This document shows, piece by piece, positions 33,680 to 43,990 of a DNA stretch of 64,000 nucleotides. Source of the stretch: Klebsormidium nitens (taxonomy: Eukaryota > Plantae > Klebsormidiophyceae). The stretch lies in NCBI GenBank assembly GCA_000708835.1, contig DF237055.1:124001-188000 (forward strand). Direction: 5' to 3'. Below the pieces are notes generated by a model, which did no database searches, was not told where the DNA came from, and saw only the letters and a program-made list of their open reading frames with translations. Numbering within the stretch: the stretch's first letter is position 1; every line of letters begins with the position of its first letter. The translations under genes were made by a program, and so were the position numbers.

Positions 33680-36600
33680 CTATGAGCCATATGCTTGCTG
33701 CGCCGGCGGCCGAGTCCCTCCCGCCCCAGACACGTCTTTCAAGGCCCCGGAAACTCTTTCTAATATCTCGGGTGTGTTGCGCTTGTCAGTCAGCCACAGG
33801 ACGATCTCGCGGTTCTCCTTGTTCACGAAGTCGGGCGCCTTCTCATTTCTCTGCAACAGTAGATAAAAGAAGCCTTTCGAGTGCCAAGCGAAGGATGCTT
33901 TTGATCCCAAATTCTAACACGCCTTCAGCTATTGTGATGAGTCGACTTCGAAGCACTTCGCAAACGCAAGTAGAGACGAGCGTGTTCCACTGCTCATCGA
34001 CGCTTTCTGCTTAGCAGTCATACACCTCAAGGTAAGGGCTTGAAATAAAAAACACCTTCGAAGCAAGTCAAGACAAGGAGAAATATGACCAAAGCATGGA
34101 GCCGCAAGTCCCTTGCCCCTTTCTCAGCAACGACAACGACCCTTGAAAGCTAGCAAGCCATACGCGATACGACACCGTGCCCTTAAATTCCTTTCATCCT
34201 GCTCAATCCGTACGGGGCCCAGACTGGGCTCTTACCTTGCCGACCCGGTTGTCGTACCAATTGTGCGGGTTCTTGAAAACGTCCTCCCACAGATCCATGT
34301 ACTCTTGCCGCTCCATTTCGGCGACGTACGCAAACCTGGACCAAAGATCGTTGTGACGTAAGTTCCTCTAAATGGCGGGTCAAAGGAGTGACGGTTTCCT
34401 CTGTGCATCTTGCAAAAGATTCCTCTGAATTGATTTGGGTCAGTACTCGGAAAGCGGCAACATAATCAACAACCAGGACATTCGAACGGAACGCAAGACG
34501 GCGCTAAAGCCGGGACGTGTGCCTATCTTGGCAAGCTTAAAGAGGACGATGCGCTGAGATTTTGCTGAGGTGTCAAGAATTGCAACACCTGTTTGACAAC
34601 GGTGCGATCGACGACACGTCGCAGTCGTTTTGGGCGTGCGACCAATCGTTAATTCTATTTTGGAAGCTTCGGAAGCTCTCGCGCTTTAATTGACTCACAT
34701 GTTTTATCCAACACAAACAATTCAAGTGTCTTCGAGATAATTTTCCTTGTTATGGTTTCCTCCTCACCTGCCGTCTAAGTCTTCCAGCGCTTCTCTTGAC
34801 ACCAGGTAGTCGGGCGCGTTCGGGTCGCTGATCTTGAGGCCTTGTTTCGTCTCCCGGTGCGTGAAGTCGGGGGCGTCCGGGTATTTCTGCGGGCAAAACA
34901 AGGCCTTAGAAACCTGCCGGGTCTACTCCGTTTAGAACCGCTACTCTTCAGAAGGATTGCTTGTCCCTCACCCATTAGACTTTCTGTTCCGAGTAGACTT
35001 GGCTTTGTCTGAGGCCAATTCGGGTTAGCAGGCACATCAGTAGATACAGAATCTGCCGCGCAGGAGATAGAAGGTTCAAGTACGACGTTGACAGGTCATA
35101 TATTTGTCACAAGTGAAAGGAGGCAAATCATGTGCTAGTATGATAAGTCCGGCTTTCAAATGTTCTAAGACCTGAGGTTGTAATTTTAGATTGTTAAGAC
35201 GGAATCCTTAAGGCCTCGAGATGTCACAGCTGCGGGCCCATATCGTCATTCGAGAAGCGCTTGTCATGCTCGCTGGGATACCAACAACTAGAAGGAGGAG
35301 ACACAATAAAAGGAAAGAGGAAACACCCGCTGGACAAGATGGTAAAACCACCATGGAAGATTCGCGGAGGTATCAAGTGGAGAGCTTGAATCAAAATCAA
35401 ATCAAGTCACCGGAAGCCGCACTCAAAGAAAGGGAGAAGACAGAACGAAACACGAGAATACGAAGAAGAGGAACTCAACTTGTTTCTCCAATTGTTCCGT
35501 ACTGTCATTCGACCAAGCCGGTCTTCAAAGGTGCGCACCAGCATGAAAACCGATGAGCAGATGAAGGGACCGCAGAGAACGAGGACACCTAACAACCGCA
35601 GAAGTAGGTGCTATAACGGCAGTCCGAAACCAACTCAGTAGATGAAGACGAGGGTAATAAGCCAACCTTGTTTCTCCGGTTGTCCCACCACAACCAATAA
35701 AGATAACAAAGTCGGAAAGAAGAGAGATACAGAACGAGAGAACGACAGACGAACAGACCAAAATGAAAACGTTCAAAGCCCACCTTGTTTCTCCGGTTGT
35801 CCCACCAGGACCCAGGGTCTTCGTACAGGTTCTCCCACATTTCCTCGAGCGTCCAATCCATTTGAGGCCCCGCTGACGGGGTTTCCTCCGCCAGGCGGGT
35901 CAGGACGTACGGGGGCGTGCGCCGGTCGTCGATCCACAGGGCCTCCTTGGTTTCCTTGTGCTTGAAGTCGGGGGCGCGCGGATTGGTCTGCAACCAAGAA
36001 AATTTCGTTAGGACTTTAAACTAGTGGCCTCAGAAGGGGACTACGAAAACAATTACCACTTGAGACAGGAACTCTCCGGATCTTGTAAGTGGCTGGAGAC
36101 TGTTTGGGCAGGGAATGAAGAAGACGGAAAGTCAAGAGAGAAAGGGAGAGAAATATGAGCTTGTGAATCAGGGACAATTTGCATGATTCCGGTTTCGAAG
36201 TCGACTAGAAAGCCTCCAGGTTTTGATCAAGTCGGAGGCCGCAATTCAATTGAGCGGAAGATATCCTGAGGGCCAAAATCGCGAATAGCTAAGTACTGAA
36301 GAGATCTCTGTGACCAGGTGACGTGAAACGCAAAGATCTTTCCCTCACGCGGACTTTGCTATATCAAAGCTGCAAATCCTGATCTCGAAACCCTCTCTCC
36401 GCCCCCAAGCGCTTATGTTACCCCTCGGTCCAATCAGTGCAAAGACCCAAACCTCAAGCCAAAAGCCCAAAACCCAGAAACCGGACCCAAACCTTAAAAC
36501 CCCAAACCCCAAACCCCGAATACCAAACCTTGGACCCTCACCTTGCCCTGCCGGTTATCCCACCACTGCGACGGGTCAGCGAAGTAACTCTCCCACATCT

Positions 36601-39600
36601 CCTCCTTGGTGCGTTGCCCTAAGGGGGCGCTTGTAGCAGGGCCGGCGGTTGAGGTGGAGGCGTAACTGGACCCCCCCGAACCGAAACCCCCTCCTTGGGA
36701 GGCGTAACTAGGCGCCGCTTGAGAGTTTTCCATGCCCATAGGTTCCGCGACTAGGGCCAAGTCGTCAGCCACGATCTGGAAACGGGGGGTGAGAGGGTAT
36801 TGGCGGTTTGCTTTTGAAAGCTGGGATTGAAAGACGTGAAACTGAGCTCTCCGATGTACCACGCTTGAAGACTTCGTAAGTCCACTTTCGCGGACTGCTT
36901 TTTCGTCACGGTTTGAACGACTTTGCCAAGGAAATTTGTACAAAGTAGAGTAATTTGCAGCGGTGAAGTAAGTACGGATTTCATACATCCCGCGACTGAA
37001 GTCTCGGACTTTCGCCATGGAGAGTCCAAAAAAAATGCCAGTCTCGCTGAGCATCAGCGCTTCTCTCGTATCTGCGCCCCAACCAGGGCCCCAAAGATGG
37101 GAACGTCATCTCTGCTCAGCGCAGCAAAGCATTTCATGGGCGAATGCCTGATGGCCTTCCACAAAAGGATGCAGCAATACAAGACACGCAGCCTGAGCTC
37201 AATCCCCCTTTTCGCATCCGGAACAACCTTCCTTTCTACCAACTGTCTGTAGACCCAAAACCAAAGAGCCGACTTCAGAGAAGAGTGGAACTATGCTGGC
37301 CATTCGCGCGAGCGTCTCATTACACGGGCGCAAGTTCCGCTTCCAAAGCGGGCGGCTGGACACCATCTCACGAACTCGCATTGCACAGAGAGGAGGCAAC
37401 GCCAGGACACACTTGCAAGGACGCTCAGTTCGGCATATACGGGGTACTGAATCTCCGACACAAGATCAAGGGAGCTAAGCTCGTCATAAGCAGAACCACA
37501 AAAAGCCTTTAGCAGCCATGACCCAATCCATAAGGGCACGTATCGGACCACTATGACCAATTGGAGACACCGAACATGGACTGCTTGCCAAAGGGCGGGT
37601 TGATCAGCTCCGGCCACCAAAAGGATGTGCATGGAGCCATTGCATTGGTTCCAGGCGGTTAGTGGGTTTGTCATTGCTGCGGGCGCACCTTCTTCGACCC
37701 TCCCAGATGCTCGAACCTCAACCGATTGCAACTTCAGCAATAGCATGACAGCACCGTTGGCACGGGTCTCGAGGCACGACATTGTTATAAACAGCACGTG
37801 CTGCGGACATCAGACAGGACTCCAGACGTTCGTTTGACTTATCACCTAAAATACGTTTTCCATGATATGATTCAAAGGCCACAATTATGACTGAAGACTT
37901 GGTCGCCACCACTTCGTTGGCTCCACAAGATGCGCACTGTGCTTCCTGCAGGAATGCGAGGTATACTGGCCAATGCGCGCCAGTCTTCGCAAATCTCCTC
38001 ATAGCAACCCTCCAAGCACTCTAGCACAGGAAGCAAACGCAATCAAGCAGAGTTGAAATCTTCCCCGCAAATCGAGCGACTCGACCCCGATTTGGTTGGG
38101 GCTGCTAGGTTTGGCACCGAGTCTGGATGAATTGGTCACTGCTCCAAACGTGGTTTGTTTGTGCCCGTGTTTTAAATCTGATAACGTTGAACGGTCACCC
38201 AACGCCAATCGCACTTTTGGCCCCTGTGTGATGCAGCCAACAGCAAACGCTTGTTGAACAAGTATTCGGCATGTCTGACACTCAATGCTGAAGGCAAAGC
38301 TTTTGCAACAGAGCAGCCACCGCTGTGCCAGAACGTTTACTCTCTGCTACATTTTCCAATCTTGACTTCAAACACGTTTCTAGCGGCATGATATTGACCC
38401 TGCTTTTTTGTAGGGCTCAGCCTGAATGGCTAACACACAACCCAGATTCCAATCAAAGGATTGAAGGCGGGAGAAGAAAAACAGTTCGGTGATTGTGCGG
38501 CATCCATGTGGTTTTGCAGAAAAGACGTCATCTTGCTGCTCAGACCTTCGGAAGCAAGCTCCATTGGCACAGTGATACGGAAAGTGCCAGAGCGCAAAAG
38601 TACATCATTGCGCACCCTGGCATCTCTCGACCCAGCTCTTGAAGCACGGTCTAAAAGACCAGTACAACCGACCCAAATTTTTTTTGATGGGCCAAAAGCA
38701 TCCGAACAAATCCCACGCTTTTTAGACCGGTGACTGCTCACTTACACAAATCCTAGTGCACTCCAATCTGATTCCAGAGATCTAAAAACGTTTATGGTAG
38801 CCTAAGGCGCCACCGGTTTCAAATGCAACGACAAAATATGACAGATTTGTTGGGTGGCAATCGAAGCACACTCACATACAGGGCATCGCCAAGACGGCTC
38901 ACTGTGCGGCTTCGCAAGCAAGAGTCAGATTCTGCATTGGGATTAGACCATTTACTGATCTCGATCTGCTCACGTGTTTCGACACGGGGCTCAGCGAGCG
39001 AAGCGACATCCTTCTGTCTGTCAAGTGCAGTTGCCAGTGTTGAAGCGGCCCATCGCTGCCCATCTTAGAGAAACCTAACAAACGGCAAACCCCTGACAAA
39101 GGTGCTGCGGGAATGTTAGCATGGCATCTTGACACGTGCCCACAAAGGGCGGATAATCGTGAAGGGGACAGAAAGCCAATTTTTTGTCAAAAAAGGGACT
39201 ATGCAGGAAGTACGGCCTCCGACAGGCTGATACTCAACTTCGCAAGGCAATACGCAAGCACAGGAACACGGGATCGGACACATTGTGCAGAAGAGTAAAG
39301 AAGGCAAGAACAACGTGGGTTGGGAATAACAAGATGGTTGAAGGATTGTCCACCTCTATATGCAGATTACCAACGGCGCTTCACCGACCAGAAAGTCAGG
39401 AGTCCAACGATTGACCCCCAGATAACACAAGATGGAATGCAGCCAATTCACGCTACTCAAGTAAATGTGAAAATCAATCAGTGTGTTGACCCGCTCCTTC
39501 CCGCGAGGCAGAGGACTACTTGAATACGTGAGCCCCAGAAGTAAGACCCAAAGGGGAAGGGTTTGATGCGGCGCAGCGCCCTCTGAGGACGGTTGAAGAA

Positions 39601-42600
39601 CTAGACTCCAGGTAACCGGCAAAATTAGCTCCTCTTCTCCGTCCAAACCGGGCTTCAAGCGCAAGATAAGCCCAATACCGAAGTTGCTTTGCAAAACACA
39701 AGCGCACAAGTCAAAGCGTCTCAGCATCAGCCCGTGATAAGAAAAAGGACACACTCTGCCGGGATGAGTGCGATACGTGCCCATCACTGGACCGCAGACT
39801 GAAAGATCGTAAACCAGCCGTCGCTTGGCACTTGCAAATATTCAGATTTGTCGGACCCTGCGAGACCACAGTATTCGAAACGCCCCGTGACGGCAAAGGC
39901 TCGACAATAAAACGGCGATGGCGCGTATCGCGCCATCTCAAACTCCGTCATTGCTCTTGGCCCTGATATGCGTCAGCAAGCCAACTTCCTTCAGACAGCT
40001 ACATCTACGAAACCCCCACACGAAATATACGAAGCCCATGCGACCAGCAACTGAGGCGTCGTCTCAAAGCCCTTCTTGTCGACTTTGATATGCGACATAC
40101 ACGAGCTTCTGGTGGTCTCTTTTGAAAAGACGGATCAGTGGAGATAACCGGAAGTCGATCAACAAAACGACTATGTTATGTATGTAAGTACGGCAAGGAC
40201 TTGATTCGGAGTGAGAAGGCATTTCGGCAGAGGTGCCATCTTCCGTCGCAAAATCCTGGAGCAAAGTTCGCCTGGTTGTCGAAATCAGGGCGCAATAGAA
40301 GTTCTACACACATCGACCATATCTTCAACTTCGAACTGAAGTTTATCTGATAGATCGTCTGATTGTGATCTTTTTTCAAAATCAGACGAGCATGGGCAAA
40401 CACAGAACACAACAAACGAACAGCCAGCTAACCCACGACTTCTCACCTTGGGCTTGGTTTTCGTCTCGCCGCTCGTCCGGTCCTGCCACTTGTCGATTTT
40501 GAGCCGCCCCTGGACCGCCACTCTAGTTCCCTTCCGCAGCTCCGTTGCCGCCAGCGTGGCAAGCTCGTTGCCCGGGCTATCCCAGCTCTCGACATCAATC
40601 CTGCATCAAAAATGTCCCTTTTGTTAAGCCCGGGTGTTTTGTTTCCGCATACGGTGGAAGCTGATGCGGAACTTCAAGGAGGCTGTAGGGCTACTCCGAC
40701 TTTCAATATGTCTCCGTCGGAGAGAACGGTCTGAGTCGAAATCTGGGCGCTTTCCAGAAAGGGTTAGGTCCCGCTGTATACAAAGAGTGGGGGAGCTTGA
40801 GAAGTCCCAAACCTCTGACTTCCTATTCTGAAGAATGTCGTTTTCTGGCCGGCACCCAGATAGCATTCCAAGACGCCTTTGAGAAAAAGCAGAAAGGAGC
40901 TTTGAGTCCCTTACGTGGCTGATTCGGAACGGGATTGTGATCACTTTGAGATTGAGGCGTGACTCGTATCAAGTATGACGCTGATTTACCATAAACCAAG
41001 TCTTCCAATTCGGTAATTGCTGCGTGGCACATTAGGATTGTCGACTCCAGGTTGCGGTGGCGCTCCAAACTTGACAGAACGAGCGAATTGACGTATCCAA
41101 TCTTTCGGGGCCCAGCTTCCAATCCTTTCAATATGCCAGATACATTACAAATGGAACCCACGGAAACACCCAACTGCAACATGACAATCTACCTCCCAAT
41201 CAATCTGGTTCCCAGCAAAAGAGAACAAGTCAAACAGGGTTATGCCCCAGGTTGTGGCAAAAGATTCGATGCAAGGGCCGAGTCACGCACCATTCGGCCT
41301 CATCTGGGCTGTCCGAGTTCACGCTCTTGGGCTTGCTGAGCGCGATGCGCATCTTGGTCACGGTGCGCCCCGTCTCGAGGCGCTTCAGCTCGGGATCGAA
41401 GCCAAGGCGGCCCATCACGCGGATGTGGTTCGTGATGTCCTTGCTGAACGGAACCTGCAAAGCCAGCGGAAGTTGAGCGGATATTTTCAGGGGTATAGCG
41501 GAATTCAACGCAAACGAAGCCGAGGCGGCCTATCACGCGGATGTGGTTCGTGACATCCTTGCTGAACGGAACCTGGAAGAAGGAGCGGATTGCAAGCGGG
41601 ATTTGGAAACAGCAGCGGGATCCGGACGAAACAAATCCAGGTCGAAGCCACGTAAGGCACGTCAAGCGGATTTGGCTCATAAAGTTTCTGCTAAATGGAG
41701 ACTGAAAAAAGGAAGAGACACGCACTTCATCTGAGTGAGGTTATTAAGGAAAGGACTGAAGAACGGAGCGGCCGTACTTCATGGCGTTTCTGATGGAAAA
41801 GTGGAGAAGTGGATATGAGGAAGAAAAGCTGAGGGGAAGCTGGGCGCAATGCCAAGCGTCCTGATAGAAGGAGTTGACAATGAGACGGCCCCTGACGAGG
41901 TCAAACGTTGCTGATGTCCTTGGTGAAGGGAAGTCAAAAGCACAAGCACAAGCGGAGCGGGGGTGAAACAAATTCATGACTATGTGTAAGTAGGATGGAA
42001 AGATTCCAGTACCATCATGCACGACATGGACCTTCGCATGTGCAATCCTTCTCTCGGGCTTCTACTTCCTTGGATAAAACAAGTCACATTCACTTTGGAA
42101 AAGCAGGTTAGATCTTGAACATGACGGTATTAAGAACATGGCACTAGATCTTGTTACCCCCTTGATTGAACAAGAGCCCGTCCTTGGTGTTAAACTAAGT
42201 ACTGACCTCACGAAGGCCCCCTTTGCCGCTCTGACTGGGAGGGCTCGCTTCTTCCTGTTGGGGGGGCTGGGCATATCCTACGTTCTGCCGGAATTTCCCC
42301 GCGAATGATGCCAAAGTCCGGGCTCCATTTGCAGTCCCTGGACGAGTAAAAACTTTACTCTAGTTTCCAGTTCGGGGTCACCTTCACAGACCTTGTGCTT
42401 CTAATCCAGATCTTGAGACTTGGACTTAACAAAGATCTGCACTTGCTGTCCCTCCATAATCTCATACGAAAAGTTAGAGAAAGTGGGTAGCGCACAGTCC
42501 ACTTGGGAAACTCAGGAGGGGTACCTGCTCATATCAATTGGCATGCGCCCTAGATTGAAATCTTACTGCTCAGCTTTTCTGGTATCTCGAAGTCAGAAAT

Positions 42601-43394
42601 ACTCTAAGAAGGTGTCCGGGCCGAATTTACACAAACCCAATGAATTACAGAGCATGAAAGCATGGATGGTGCAATGAAAGGCCTCGGAACGAGTTGCAAA
42701 TGCACTGACAGCCTGGACAAGGAGGCAAGAGCTTGAACTGGTCATGATTTTTGTGACTTGCAGCATACACTTCTCTAAACGTCGCACTTAAGCTGGCCGC
42801 AAGAATGAGAGCGCATGAGAGGACGAGGGAACTTGCAAGCCGCAGAGGTGAAGAGCTTTGTTAGTGGTTTGCTTGAAGAAACTTGAAGGAACTTGCACAG
42901 TCTTTTGAAAGAAGTGGCCCTTGCCGCCACAAAGTGCTGAAAAGAGCATCTGAAGCGGCCCTACAACGGCCTTACAGTTACAACAAAATGCTGGGAATTG
43001 TGCGGATTATTGGCTTGCCACATCACCAGTTATTTTTGACAGAGAGAGAGAATTGCAAAGCTAGCCCGAGAATCAGAGTGTTTGTTGTCACAATTGTTCA
43101 AGATGAATGGTGCAGAGAGAAGCTCAAACACGGCCGCTTGCCAGAAACAGAGAATGAAAATCCAGCAAAACATATGATTGAATAGAAAAGACATTACTCA
43201 CCTAAGACCTCGGTTTTGAGGCTTGAGAGCTGCAGACTTCTCCCCAACTGGGCGCCCAACCGACCGAGCATCTTTGAGCGCAACAGTGGTGCGGCAACCA
43301 CAGGAACCGAGGAGGCTTTGCAGAGCAGATTGGAGGAAGAGAGGGGGGTCAGGGCCGATGCCTTGCTCAGAGAAGCGTTCAAGGAAGCGGCCAT
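33680..43394 (-). CDS. Organellar single-stranded DNA-binding protein: transit peptide + SSB OB fold + repeated PDF motifs (OSB-like)
   Basis: Exons 43394-43202, 42277-42207, 41454-41291, 40600-40447, 36775-36542, 35987-35784, 34886-34768, 34335-34236, 33850-33680. SSB fold: NHIRVMGRLGFDPELK...WIDVESW...RVAVQGRLKIDKWQD. PDF motifs: WWDNRQGK|TNPRAPDFKHK, WWDNRRNK|KYPDAPDFTHR, WYDNRVGK|RNEKAPDFVNK. Ser/Ala/Leu-rich N-terminus. Confidence 0.88.
36440..36535. repeat. Degenerate AAACCC telomere-like tract in an OSB intron
   Basis: aaagacccaaacctcaagccaaaagcccaaaacccagaaacc...aaaaccccaaaccccaaacccc. Confidence 0.5.
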
Positions 43395-43518
43395 TCTCAA
43401 CAGTTGCTTACGACTTACACCACCATGACCTTCTGGCAAATTAGGAGCTGGCCGAGTCGATCACAGCGCGCGCGGCTTGATGCAGGGTTTTGGCGCCAAA
43501 CCCTTCTGAACCCCTTGG

Positions 43519-43527
43519 AAACCCTAA
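43519..43527 (+). promoter_or_regulatory. Telo-box AAACCCTAA in the ~600-bp divergent OSB/NOC2 promoter
   Basis: Exact AAACCCTAA upstream of a ribosome-biogenesis gene, a context where plant telo-boxes are typical. Confidence 0.5.
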
Positions 43528-43666
43528 AACCCCTGAGCAAGCTGCATATCCTGCCTCCACCAGGAAAGTTGTCAACAGTCGAGGCGTGCTGTAGCAACCC
43601 TTTTCGCCCGGGGGCTACTTGGAGGTCATCAGCAGATCGCCGGAGAGAAGGTGCAAATCATGCAAC

Positions 43667-43753
43667 TGGCGTCGCAGCCAGGATTTGAACCCGCGATCTA
43701 TCGTGAGTCGATGTTCGCAGAGTCCCTCGGTCTTACCACTAGACCATCCCCGA
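43667..43753 (-). other. tRNA-derived element (tRNA pseudogene or SINE head) with intact Pol III A and B boxes
   Basis: Minus strand: A box TGGTCTAGTGG (43746-43736) with a perfect GTCT/AGAC D stem, and B box GGTTCAAATCC (43691-43681). The acceptor and anticodon stems do not pair. Confidence 0.55.
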
Positions 43754-43990
43754 AGAGGGGTTGCCACCGGGCCATTCATTCAACGTAGTGTACCATGCAT
43801 TGGCATGGCATTGCGTGTTCATACTTCGTCTTGTGAACAGCATCGCTATTTGCAATTGGCGCAACAGGCAAAAGCTAGGCGAGAAAGACGAAGGAAGCCA
43901 TGCTTTGAGCAAGCTGAAGAGCATTTCACATCTTGTCTGAGGGTTGAACAGATGATGCGGTGAGCAGCGGTGTCTTAAACTTCGTTCACA

